Below are positions 12,918-24,639 of a stretch of DNA of 64,000 bases, one piece after another (position 1 is the stretch's first letter; every line of letters starts with the position of its first letter). Both the position numbers and the translations under genes were made by a program. Location of the stretch: contig BFEA01000044.1 in NCBI GenBank assembly GCA_003427395.1, positions 1,960,896 to 2,024,895 on the forward strand, read 5' to 3'. The notes under the pieces are model-generated. The model was not told the origin of the DNA. It saw only the letters and a program-made list of their open reading frames with translations, and did not search any database. Source of the DNA: Chara braunii. Taxonomy: Eukaryota; Plantae; Charophyceae.

Positions 12918-13583
12918 CAAGCGCTTCAAGATTGGTTGTTGTAGCTGAAGGTGAACCGTGGTAGCCATAGCTGCCGAGCTCGGACATGGGGTTGAATAAG
13001 ACGAAGGGGACCGGGAGTGACAAAGACAAAGTTGAAGAAAGTGAAGAAGGAAGAGAAATCGGGAGGAAGGAGAGAAGTAAGGGAGAAAAAGCGGAAAGCG
13101 GGGAGCGAAGAAGAGAGAAGGGGGAGAATGAGAAAGGTGAAGGTTATCGACAGTCATAGCCGGGTGCTTGGAGGGTTGATCGGTGGGGTTGACCAAGGCG
13201 TTAACCAAGTTTGATCGGTCATTGACCAGTGTTGATCGGAGCTGTGGACTACGAATTTGACCAAGCTGGAGATGGTACAATCTTGCCAAGCCTTCAGCCT
13301 ACCCCCAACCCTATGTGTGTGTACTTGCAGAGTCTGTTTGTTTCTTCTTTCTGCATCGTGTCACTTTTGTCCAGGTGATAGGACTCTGTGTATGAGGTCA
13401 TAGAGCTGCGTTGACCAAACCCACACAAGCTAAGTAGGGTAGCTGTCCATGTCTGACGATTGGCATGTCCCGAAGGCCTAACCCTCCCAAGGACCGATAC
13501 ATACCGGCGGCCTGCTCAGTGTGGCATGGTTGGCCCAAAATCCGAGTTGTGGGCTGCACAACCGGCTGTGTAAGTAAGTCTTG

Positions 13584-13697
13584 AGAGGACTTCGCTGATC
13601 ACGTCGTCATGTCTGCGACGTTAAAGAATTACTGAGGAGTTATGGGGGATCTCTCCTTAAGTGCCTCCTGGTCAGCAGTGAAGTCTTTTGTAGACAT
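13584..13697 (+). promoter_or_regulatory. Conserved structured RNA element in gypsy leader (copy 1)
   Basis: 18-bp closing helix with a 3-nt bulge, CGTCG/CGACG hairpin, TTAAAGAATT linker and a GGGGG-loop hairpin. Shares an exact 18-mer with 59572-59589. Confidence 0.55.
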
Positions 13698-15867
13698 CCT
13701 GGGGGACCCTTCGGCATCTCCTGTTTTCTTTAGGTTTTTGGCACACGTTTTTGTGTGGAGTCCTAATGAGGGGTGGTACAACGACCACTCCTTGTACAAA
13801 GGAGTAGGAGGAAGAGGCCGCAAAGATTCAGGCAGAGAAGAAAGCCAAAAGGCCAAGAAGGAAAAAGAGTTGGAAGATGAGTTAAAAAGGCTACAGAAAG
13901 AAGCAGCAGCAGTTGCGGCAGCCGTTGAAGAAGAAGAAAAAGAAGAGGAAGAAGAAGAGACTCCATTAGAGAGAAATGTGAGGAGAGAAGGAACAGGGGA
14001 GTCAAGTGGCACGAAGGAAGCAAACAAAAGGTTGGAGAAGATGGTGACCGAGTGGGTAGCCAATCTGTCGTTGGGGGAAGAAGAGGAAGCTATGCCGTCT
14101 GTTCCCCAGGTGGACAGGGAGGCGGTAATAAGGGAATTGCAGGAAGAGGAAAATCCCTTGCGTCGTCAAACCATGGACGAGGAGAATATATTTGAGTGGA
14201 AGGAGGAGGCGAATGGAGGCGGCAAACGAAATGGAGGAGTTGAGGGTGGCTGCAGAAAGGAGGGGACAAATGGGAGAACAAGCAGACCTCCAAGCAAAAG
14301 TGGAACTCATGTCCCAAAATATAGAGGTCATGTTGAGGGCTCAACAAGAGCAATTCTGACATTTGAGGGGCCATGATATTGCCCTGCAATCCATACGCTT
14401 ATGGTTCAAAGACTTTGCACGTGGTATGATGATGTGCTTGTGCACAGAAGTGCAGGCGCGATACATAAATTTTGTATCGGTGCCATAGAAGCCGCCAAGA
14501 TAGCAGCCCCAAAGGAGGAGGAAGCAGGCCCACGCAAGGAATGCGTAAAGGTGAAATTCCCCGATCCCTACAGTGGGAAAAAGGGAGAGAACTTCAATAA
14601 CACGGAGGCAAACATTAACTCCTATGTGCACCTCCAGGATATCATCCTCGAGGAACAAGTCCTCGTCACCTTCCACACCCTTAGGGAGGAAGCATCCAAC
14701 TTCGCCAGATTGTGCCAGAAGGTGTGATAATGATATGGTAGCATACTTTCCTATCACACCTCTAAGCGAGTTTCTCAAAGCCCTTTGAGATTAGTTTGCG
14801 GATGTTACTAGGGGCCTCAAGGCCTTTGACAAGCTGCAAACCATCCACTATCGACCATGGAAGAGTGCAAGAGCACTCAAGGGTGCCATGGATGAACTAG
14901 TCGCCATCCTTGACCATGGGGTTACTGAGCCCCAATTCGTTTAGTTATTCTTTCGTGCCATCGCTTGCCCGTGCCGCCAGGTGTGATAATGATATGGCAG
15001 CATACGTTGTTATCACACTTGTAAGCGAGTTTCTCAAAGCCCTTCGAGATTGGTTTGCGGATGATACTAGGGGCCTCAAGGCCTCTGACAAGTTGCAAAC
15101 CATGGAAGAGTGCAAGAGCACGCAAGGGTGCCCTGGACGAACTAGTCGCCATCCTTGACCATGGGGTTACTGAGCCCCAATTGGTTCAGTTATTTTTTCG
15201 TGCCATGCCCGAAAGTCTGCACGGGCACTTCTATGAAAAGAGCTGGCAGCCTAACATTGAGTAGGGATGTAGTGGCTTTTTAGGATCAGTCCATGCTATC
15301 GTCCACTTTTTGGAATAAGGACCTTGACAAAGGACAAAAGTGGAAGGGGCGCACCATCGCAGGCCAAGTCAGGGTCAAGGATCACTTTATCCTCACTTTA
15401 GATGAAGGTGGTATGGAGGAGGTCCCATATAGCCAGATTGAGTGGGGCCTCGAAGAGGAGGACAGTAATGTGAGCTAGGGGAGTACTTATGCTGTTGTCG
15501 CGGCTGGAGGGTTCCAAGGTAGAGGAAGGGGCCAAGGCCAAAGGAGTCGGGCCTCTGGTGGTCGAGGACAGGGCGACCAGGGGGCTGGTGATAGAGGCAA
15601 CCGTCAAGTGGGAGGAAAGGGTCAAGGACCCCCACAAAACTGTCTGCGTTTTGATCGATCACCTCCCAAAAGGGGTGAATGGCACCTTGGTCTGCCCAGG
15701 GCAGACCTTGGGAATTGTTGGGCATGGAACAGACTGTTTGGCAGAGGAGGATAGATGAGGGTCAGTGCATTTATTGCGGTGACCTTGGACACATCATCAA
15801 ATACTGCGCCAATTATAGGGATGCCCGACGATCTGTTGTCGAGGCAGCAAAAGGCAACCAGTGGTAG
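13642..15867 (+). pseudogene. gag of family B element (frameshifted)
   Basis: Coiled-coil acidic region, KVKFPDPYSGKKGENF, and zinc knuckle CIYCGDLGHIIKYC. The true start codon is uncertain. Confidence 0.75.
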
Positions 15868-15892
15868 GGGTCACAACTGCCCTTACTAGGCC

Positions 15893-18800
15893 ATGTGGAG
15901 AAGAGTGTGCGCATCACAAAGAAACTCCCAACCCACATGTGCCTATGGCAAAGGTTGCTGGCCAGGCCTAGTTAGTTGTCCAGAGACTGCTTGCATTAGA
16001 GTCTCTCTAGGCGCTTCCCTCACAGGATTGGCAGAAGAGTTAAAGAAGAAGATGCCAGCCTGGGCCAAGCTGAAAAGAGGTGGAAAAGGACAACGACTGT
16101 TAGTAGATGTAGAAGTCTTTAGAGGTAGGGTAGGGGCCTTAATAAATAGTGGGGCCACCCGTAACTATATCAGTCGTAAAGCGCTGCAGAAGCTGACGCT
16201 GAATTTAAGAGTCCAAAAGCTAGAAGAACCCATAGCCAGTATCCACGCCGACTATTAAACTATGCGATATGAGGTTCATGTCAAGGGAGTCAAGGCGTAC
16301 TTTCGCCTAGAAAAAGATGGGGAGGTAGTAAAAGTTTTCCATTCCTTGATTCTCCTCGTAGAGGACAATCTCCTGTTTGACATGGTCCTAGGCATGGACT
16401 GGGGAGAGGCAGCAAGAGCCGGACTGCACTTAAGAGAGCATGAGTGTAGGCTTCAGAGTCCTTCAGGCGACGTCAAGACGACTCACGTGTTTCATGTGTT
16501 AGGAGTAGATAACCCTCTGGCAGAGTGTTGTCTCAGTGCTCCTGCGTTCGCACGATTGGTGAAGGAGCAGTTATAAGAGCAAGTCTTTGTGGCCTATGTT
16601 AGGCCAATTACTGGCTCTAAGAAAGAGGAACCCACCAACCCACTTATTGCCAAGGTGTTGGAGGAGTATGCAAATTTGTTAGTCTCCTTCAAGAGTAGTT
16701 CCCCCTCCTATCCAACACCGCATTGAGATAGAGATTAGCAGTAACATTGCCAAAGGAGCAGTGTATAGGATGTCTCCTAAGGAGTTAGCGGAGCTGCGCA
16801 GACAGTTAGACGAGGTCCTTGAAAAGGGGTGGATTAGGTCCATTTCGTCTCCATTTGGAGCACCTGTTCTTTGTGTCCTCAAGAAAGAGGGAGGGCTTAG
16901 AATGTGCATCGACTATAGGGGTCTCAACGCAGTTACAGTGAAGAATGCACAACCAGTGCACCGTATAGGGCTGCAAGTACTTCTCCAAGATAGACTTGAA
17001 ATCAGGGTACCACGAGTAGAGGTCCACCTTGATGACCAGTACAAAATGGTGTTCAGGACAAGATATGGGCATTATGAGTTCATAGTGATGCCCTTTGGAC
17101 TAACTAACGCAACGACCACATTCCAACTTTGCATGAATGATTTGTTTAGGCCGTGGTTAGACAAGTTTGTAACTATTAACTTGGATGACACCTTGATATT
17201 TAGCAAAACCCTCCAGGAGCACGAGTCTCATTTGAGGCAGATCTTGGAAAAGTTGCGCGAAGCAAATTTCAAGATCAACGCAAAGAAGTGCGAATGGACC
17301 AAGATAGGGATCCTGTACTTAAGCCATGTTTTAGATGGTGATGGCATAAAGCCTGAGGACAGCAAGGTCGCAGTGATCAGATACTGGCCATCCCCTCGTA
17401 CCCGCACAGAGTTGAGGTCATTCCTAGGATTGGCTAACTATTATAGAAAGTTCTTGAGGAACTTCTTTGTCATCGCTGCTCCCCTTCGCAGGCTGTTCAG
17501 GAAAGAGGCTATTTGGAAGTGGGACCAAGATTGTACATTGGCCCTAAAGAAGTTAAAGCGGGCCTTGATAGAGTACCCAGTCTTCAAGGTAGTTGACCTG
17601 TCCTTACCCTTCGTTGTTACCACTGATGCGAATTAGTATGGTATTGGTGCTGTCTTATAGCAAGATGATGGCAATGGGTATAGACCTGTAGAGGTCATGT
17701 CCGCTAGGTTGCCTTTCGAGAAGGTAGCGACATCCACCTATGAGAGGGAACTCTACGCTCTGAGGCAAACATTAGACCACTGGAGACACTACTTGCTTGG
17801 GAGACGCTTCAAAGTGTACTCGGACCACGAGACATTGAGGTGGCTGAAGACGTCGGCCAAGATGACACCTAAGCTTACAAGGTGGGCCGCCAAGATAGAT
17901 CAGTTTGAATTTGAGCTCAAGCCAATCAAACGGAAGTACAATGTGGTTCCAGACACCCTTAGTAGAAGAGCCGACTATTTTGGAGCTATAGTTCACTATT
18001 TGGATATAGGGTCAAACTTACAGCAGAAAGTCAGAGATGCGTAGGCGCAGGACCCTATTTATAATGAGTCATTAATGACCTCCTTAAGAGAGTCAAGGAG
18101 GACCCAGCCAGTGAACCTCACTACCGCACCACTAATGGGTTATTGTTTGAGAAGACAAACGTCGTAGATCGGCTATGCATTCCCAACAGTGAAGAGATTC
18201 GTAGTCTGATCCTTGGGGAATGTCGTGATACAAAAGGGCACTTCGGTTGGCAAAAGACACTCACCAACCTAATCCGTGCCTACACGTGGCCTGACATGAA
18301 AGCTGACTGTATAGAGTATGTGCGTAGCTGCAAAGTGTGCCAGCGCTCTCAGACCTTTGCCTATTCGATCAGGACCTGGAGAATTCCGTGTCCATCGACT
18401 TCATGGATGCTGGAGTCAGGAGTAGGCATGCCCGGAGCCAAGTCGTGGTTGTAGTTGATAGATTTAGTAAATATGCAGTTTTCGTTTCTTTGCCTTTTGA
18501 GGCATGCACTGATTTAGTGATAGAGAAGTTTTTTGATCATTGGGTCAGTGAACCTGGCTTACCACTGTCAATGGTTAGTGACGGAGATACCAGGTTCACT
18601 AGTCAGAACTGCCAGGAGCTCATGAGAGTATACGGTTCTAAGTTACTGATGTCATTTGGCCGCCATCCAGAGAGTAACGGTCAGACCGAACAGATGAACA
18701 AGATCCTGCAACAAGTTCTCAGAATGTACATTTGACCCGATCAAGTCAGCTGGGAGGAGATGCTCCCAAAGGTAGCCAGTGCTTACAACAATAGCGTTCA

Positions 18801-19445
18801 TCTAGCCATCTGTCGTACTCCCAACGAATTACACAAGTCCTTTAGACCCCGCAGGCCGTTTGAGGGAGTGAACCGGGACCAGATACAGAGGCTACCGCCC
18901 AGTACTAGGGAGTTCGCGTTACAGCACGAGAAAGAGATTGGTGAGGTGGTAGAGAACCCTAGGAAAGCCCAGCACAGGATGATAGAACAAGCCAATTAGC
19001 AACGTCACCCGTCGCAGTTCCAGGTAGGCGATTAGTGTGGGTCAAGTCTAGAGAGTTTGCTCCCGAGGAGAATCTCGCCGAATTGGCCAGTCCTAGGAGA
19101 TGATGGACCGTCCTACACCATAGAGATGCAGCACACCTCCACACCTACCCAGATTTCCATTCGTCAAAGTTGTTGCCTTACACTACGAGTCAGCAGTTCC
19201 CATTGAGAAGGTCCATGATACCTCCAGATATGGACGGAAGGCTCAACATTGAACGCATAGTACGTGAGGATGTATTCAGAGCAGGAGGTAGACGTCGTCC
19301 GCAGAAACAGTACAAAATCAGGTTTTCTTACCAAGAACTGGAAGACGACCGCTGGTTTACACGAACAGAGCTTCTAGAGACCACTCTCGACGCAGTCCGT
19401 GCCTATGAAAGAGCTAAGAAAGGTAAAGATCCTGCTGTACAGTAA
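15893..19445 (+). pseudogene. pol of family B element (PR, RT, RNase H, integrase, chromodomain)
   Basis: LINSGAT protease, [23 protein letters not shown] (mutated YLDD), TTDA, YSDH, GHFG..CKVC, SIDF, NGQTEQMN, QYKIRF..DRWF. Multiple stops and frameshifts. Confidence 0.92.
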
Positions 19446-20644
19446 CACTCAATCCGTGTGTGCTTGAACCCGTGACCTGTGTCTTGAAAGTCGCTGTTTG
19501 TTGCTGTAGGTAGGATGGTCGTCGGGTCTTGAACCGTAGGTCTGTAGGATATAGCTCTTAGCAAGGGTAGGAGTTGTAGCTGCTACAGTATTGAAAGGTC
19601 AAGTCGTAGCTGCTAAAGTACTGAAGGGTCCAGTCTACAGTCTTCCGGAAGGCCTGGAACTGACCTTTTGGAAGTCCTAGTAGGTAGTCCGTAGGCCAGT
19701 GGGCAAGTGGCGCAGACTAACTCCACCCAGGGAGCAGTACCCTGTCCCAGTCGCACTTTGTCAAGTCAGCAAGTACCATGTGGGACTGTGTGCACCCTGG
19801 GCCCAGGGTCCCATGAGGGAGCGTCATGCCATTCATTCATCCTGCCTGTGAGCCATGCGGAAACGCTGCCTGAGCGTCTTATGCAAGGAGGTCTGCTGGT
19901 GCCCATGGAGTAGCGGGCTAAGAGGGAGAAAGATCGGCCATAGCCGAAGTTGTTACTAGTAGGAGATAAACGGTGGCCATAGCCGCCACGTTAGCATGTC
20001 AGTAGGGTGTTAGTGTGAGAGAGAGTTGAGTGTGTATGTGTCTGTTGGGACATCCGGGGAGATCCAGTGTGTGTGTAAGAACAAGTGGTTGAGAGTGCAC
20101 GGGTTGGCCATAGCCGGCCAAGACAAGTTTGAATCTGAGTTGTGTTCTTGACTTCATTATCTCTGAGCTTTGTTTGGGCGCAAGGCGCCAGGTTGATCGT
20201 CATCTGTTCGTATGCATGCTGAAGGTCGAAGTCGATGAGTCTGATTGACTCAGGCAGGGGATTCATTCTGGCCTGAGCAGGAAAGGCGGCCATACTGCTG
20301 CTTGGTCTTGCGAAGCATGCTGCGCATGCACTGGCCAGCTGGCGCACAAGGTGAGAAGGGCGCTGCAGTGGCAGCGGGCGCACGGCGGCCATAGCCGGGC
20401 TGTGCGTGCAGAGGCGGTGTGTTTGATGGTTGTCTTTGGATGTGGGGGATGCACGCTATGGGGAGGCGAGGGGTGATTTGAGAGGAGGGGATGCACCTAA
20501 CTGGCCTATGCTGGCAGTCTGCGTGGTTGTCACGTACATTGGTCTTCGGACCGAAGTTACTCCTGTTGCATATACGTAGAGTAGGCTAGCGTAGGCTGAG
20601 TAGACTGGGCTGGGCACTGGATGCCAATCAAGGAAGAGCAACAT

Positions 20645-20787
20645 TAGGTAGAGAATACCTAGGGGCGCGAGACAACTCTCTCTAAGGAACTCGGCAAAAT
20701 AGCCCCGTAACTTCGGGAGAAGGGGTACCTCCTTATACAGGAGGTCGCAGTGACCAGGCCCAGGCGACTGTTTACCAAAAACACAGG
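20645..20787 (+). rRNA. rrn23: Plastid 23S rRNA fragment (NUPT, non-functional)
   Basis: GAGAATACCTAGGGGCGCGAGACAACTCTCTCTAAGGAACTCGGCAAAATAGCCCCGTAACTTCGGGAGAAGGGG...CGACTGTTTACCAAAAACACAGG is the plastid/cyanobacterial-type 23S sequence. It runs into a gap. Confidence 0.9.
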
Positions 20788-21048
20788 NNNNNNNNNNNNN
20801 NNNNNNNNNNNNNNNNNNNNNNNNNNNNNNNNNNNNNNNNNNNNNNNNNNNNNNNNNNNNNNNNNNNNNNNNNNNNNNNNNNNNNNNNNNNNNNNNNNNN
20901 NNNNNNNNNNNNNNNNNNNNNNNNNNNNNNNNNNNNNNNNNNNNNNNNNNNNNNNNNNNNNNNNNNNNNNNNNNNNNNNNNNNNNNNNNNNNNNNNNNNN
21001 NNNNNNNNNNNNNNNNNNNNNNNNNNNNNNNNNNNNNNNNNNNNNNNT

Positions 21049-21174
21049 CTTAAACTAGAACTTGCACAATATCGTGAAGTAGCTGCTTTTGCTCAATTTG
21101 GCTCAGATCTTGATGCTGCCACTCAATATTTATTAAACCGTGGCGCGAGACTAACAGAAGTGTTGAAACAACCA
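21049..21174 (+). pseudogene. atp1: Mitochondrial ATP synthase alpha fragment (NUMT)
   Basis: [42 protein letters not shown] is the mitochondrial/alphaproteobacterial type (plastid atpA reads QFAELEAFAQFASDLD). Codons are AT-rich. Confidence 0.9.
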
Positions 21175-22118
21175 TCGACATTGACATTCGATTTCATAGT
21201 ACGACTCTTATTTGGCTGGTATCTCGGTGCATTTTGGTTTCTGCTTGGTAGACGACTATCTGGTCTACAGCATAATCTTGCGATTTGGTTTTCTGTGTAT
21301 TGGTCTCGCTCATTTTCCTTGCAGTCGAGTTGTTGATGTTTTAAGGTAGCAGCTTCTTGCCGTCTTCGGCTATGACCTTTCTGATATTTGTCCGCGATGT
21401 TCTGCTTGGTTTACCTCCAGAGACAATCCCTTCTCATCTGGCAAGTGTTTCCTTTGAGATGATATTATCTTTTGCTTCCCGCTATTTCTGGGACCGTGCC
21501 AATTTCTGACAGATTGAGCCCCAGAGACAACAAGGCATGTAAGTCCTCACAATTATTCTCACTAGGTTTTGGGGCGCTTAGAGAGGGGAGGTTGTTCACC
21601 CCTTCTGTGGACCGTGCTCATTTGTGACACCTTGAAGTCCAGAGACCACAAGACATGCAGTAACAATAATTTTAACTAGGTCTAGAGTGTTCGGTATAAG
21701 TAACATGAAGAACGCCTGAAACCCATAACTAATTGGTCCTTGGTTTCAATAACTGGGGTCCTTTGTGGAGGTCTGAATTTGGGTTGGAACCAATGAGTGA
21801 TGGGTCGGAACCAAGGGGTGGGTCAATCTTTTCAGTCACTTATGCAACTGCTTGTGAAGGTTCTGGTCTCTTCAGCCATCACCGGTTGGGGGTGATGTGC
21901 TTGCAAGGTGAGGTTAGCTCTTGTTTGTCTGGACAGTCTGTGGCAGTGAAGTTCGGGCGTAAGGACTTGGGTGTGATTTGGTGATGGGGCTGTGAGCAAT
22001 CTTTCAACTCGTCTCTATCTTGTGTGTTTAGAGTTACTTGGAATCAGACGTGCCCCCCCGTTTTTTCTTTGTTCTTTGTGATTGAACTCTGTCATGTGTG
22101 CTGTTATTGTTATGGCAG

Positions 22119-22580
22119 GATTTGACAGACCTCGAGGACATGGAGTTATGGGGCAGCAGTGTAACTGATGCAGGAGCTGCAATGTTGACGTCATTTTCAC
22201 TACTTCGCACTCTGAACTTGGCGTGGACGCATGTCGAGACTGTACCACCTCTGTACAATCTGAGATCACTGAATCTATCGGAGTGTAAGCTCCATTCTGT
22301 ATTTGCAGGCTGGGAGCCTGAACTCGCTCGAGAGAGCCTTGACTCCCTGTACAAAGGGGATGGATATGGTCGTGCCATTGAGTCTGGGATCCATCGAGCT
22401 GGGAATGCATATGCGGCCAGGGCCGGTGAAATGCAGTTCTACTCCAGACAGTCTCGCCCACGAATTGCACCACTCCGCATACTTCATCTTGCAGGTGCGA
22501 CTTTTCTGCGGAAAGAATCCATCGTCCTTGGCAGTCCAGGCCTGGCAGACGTGGAGGAACTCTCAATCACCCGGACAGAG
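22119..22580 (+). CDS. Next exon of the At4g23840-like LRR gene
   Basis: cag|GAT...GAG|gtacgt, phase 0/0, in frame with the 10027-10247 exon. DLTDLEDMELWGSSVTDAGAAMLTSFSLLRTLNLAWTHV parallels the LxxLEYLDxWGSxVTxxGA...LNLSWTxV motif. Confidence 0.85.
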
Positions 22581-22679
22581 GTACGTTCAGGTGTCATTCC
22601 CTTCAGAATGGGAAGTGTGTCGTTACTCACACGTGTCTGAGATGTCCGTTTGCCTCTTCTTTTGCCTTGTTTTTGGCCA

Positions 22680-23519
22680 TGTGCAAGGAAAGATGCCCTC
22701 GACCGTGCAGAGAAAGGCCTACCGTAAGCAAAGGCGGGGCAGGAAAAAGCACGCCGGGCCCAAGTGAAGGCTGCCCTCAGGTAAGGGGCCTGGGTGGTTA
22801 CCACCGTGCAGTGTGCAGCCTTTGGAACCAACCGGTAGGCTCAGCCCAGCAGTTGGTTACATAAACTGGGCCTGCACTGTATTCCGGAAGGGCCAAGGGC
22901 GCAGGGTTCTGGGACAGGGCGCAGGCTGCTCGAAGCCTCAGCCTTGCCAGCTAGCACAAAAGAAGGGGGGCCGCGCAGCCAGCCTCTCTAGCCTCGCCAG
23001 CCAGTTCGGCAGTAATGCTGGAGCAGTAGCTGAGTGCTGTGCCGGTGGAGGAAGCTGATGTGGTGGCGGCAAGCAGGAGGAGGAGCACCTGCCATACCCA
23101 GACTGGTCGCTGCCATAGTCGGATGGTGGGAAATGCGGTGATTGTTGGGGAAGGAAGGGAGATGGGAGGTGGTGAGAACAAGGCACGTATCTGTCAGGTG
23201 ATGAAGGCAGGCTGTTCGATCAGAGGTTTTGAGCTGCCTTGGGTGATTGACATGCGGACGATTGTGGGGTTGTAGATAGGCTAGACATGTAGGAGCTAGA
23301 AAGTAGGATGGGCGCTCAGGACGCCATTTGGAAGGATGCATTATCATTTTATGGATGATGGGAGGTGGTTGGAAGGGCTTCCCTTATCAAGAGACTTCAG
23401 TGTATTGCTCAATCTGATTTGGTGTGCATTTTGCTTTGCTTTGGCTTAATTATGTCGGGTCTTCTGTGAGGTGCTACAATCTGGTTTATTGTTGTTTTTA
23501 TTGCTTGTTTCCTTGCACA
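22680..23519 (+). mobile_element. Solo LTR-like element
   Basis: Perfect inverted termini TGTGCAAGGAAA / TTTCCTTGCACA; the end resembles family A (CCTTGCA). No direct TSD. Confidence 0.6.
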
Positions 23520-24278
23520 TGGGTATTTGCTTGGTGCCGTGGTCCGGGGAAGCTGGAGGCAGGCTTTATCGAAAAAAGAGAAAGATATATTGCCAGTCTA
23601 AATGCCAATCTGCTGGCACCATGAATGGCATCGAAACACCAGTTCAGCGTAGCCTGTGTGTACAAAGCTACCTTCCAAGGCTCCAAAGGCTAGAACTGGG
23701 CCTTTTCTTAGTGGCCTCTACAGGCCACTACTAGGCCAGGGCCAAAATGTCATGCTCTTATGGTGTACACTGGTAAGAGCCCGTGTTCACTTCGGGTAAA
23801 CTGGTGGCTGAAATCTTTTTCCTCACCTCGCGTCTCTTTCTACCTGCCATTTTGGAAGGTAGAACTGTTTTTTGTTGCGCACAATGTGGTATTGGAAGTG
23901 TTTGTACAACTGTTTTTTGTGGTCCTGTTTCTGTTAAACAGTGTACCATCAGTTTCTGTGCTCAGATAGTGCTGTTGAGTTAAAAGGGTCGTGACTATTC
24001 ATAGGACAAGGTCAGTAGATTTTCGCCTTTGTTGGCCATGGCTTGCCATTTACTATCGTTCTTTACAAGCCATGACAGGTGTGCATATTGTGTGTTTCTG
24101 CCGTCCTTTCCAGCCTACGTGAGAGGTTTTCCTCTCAGGTTGCTTGTGATTCATTTCCATTGTTTGGCCTTCCAATTGAACTGGGGTCTCACAGTTGGGA
24201 AAATATATTGTGGTGTAGTAGACCTTCCTGCTCTTTCCTTCTTGGAAAACTGAGGTTACTGAGCCGGTATCCCATGCA

Positions 24279-24637
24279 CCTGTAATAACCCGCCAAAAGG
24301 CAGAATGAGAACACTGCTGATTTCTGGGTTTTGCCGCTGGAATGTATGCCTTGCTGACATTCCCGCGTCGTGCTGAGTTTTCTAAGTGTGTGTGTGTGTA
24401 TGTTCTTGCTGGTCCTTGTGCCTCACTGAGTGCACGTCTGCCTGAGTGTGTGTCGCCCGACAGGTCACTTGTGTGTGTTGAGGTCCGCACGGACGGTACT
24501 TACCTGTGGCCGTGACTCTGAGGGTTACAGTGGGAGATGAGGCCTGCGACACTTAGGGCATGAGGCCCGCGACACTCGAATAGCGGGAGACAAGGCCTGC
24601 GACACTTAGGGCAGCGGGAGAAAAACACTCAAGTAGC
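24279..24637 (-). repeat. Dispersed repeat (copy of 1615-1892) with three GGCCxGCGACACT subrepeats
   Basis: Inverted match to 1615-1892. Confidence 0.6.
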
Positions 24638-24639
24638 AG

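Larger units (their letters stand above)
11348..20128 (+). mobile_element. Near-complete decayed chromovirus (family B), intronic
   Basis: Direct repeats 11401-12105 and 19436-20128 with TATAAA at ~11784 flank gag-PR-RT-RH-INT-chromodomain in gypsy order. The 3' LTR is truncated; PBS and TSD were not identified. Confidence 0.9.
20250..21323 (+). mobile_element. 3' portion of a family A LTR interrupted by organellar DNA
   Basis: 20250-20644 and 21175-21323 align collinearly with LTR 58440-58830 and 58878-59024, ending CCTTGCA. Confidence 0.7.

Noticed and set aside
13632-13680. Hammerhead core (CTGAGGA)
   Set aside because: No GAAA after the stem, and it is not conserved in the second copy.
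20129-20250. RT-like peptide DFDLQHAYEQ on the minus strand
   Set aside because: Too short to assign.
20645-21174. Bacterial contamination or functional rRNA/atp1 genes
   Set aside because: Short organelle-type fragments embedded collinearly within a nuclear LTR.
23709-23735. Helitron 3' end (hairpin plus CTAG)
   Set aside because: No spacing between the hairpin and CTAG, the next base is not T, and no 5' end was found.
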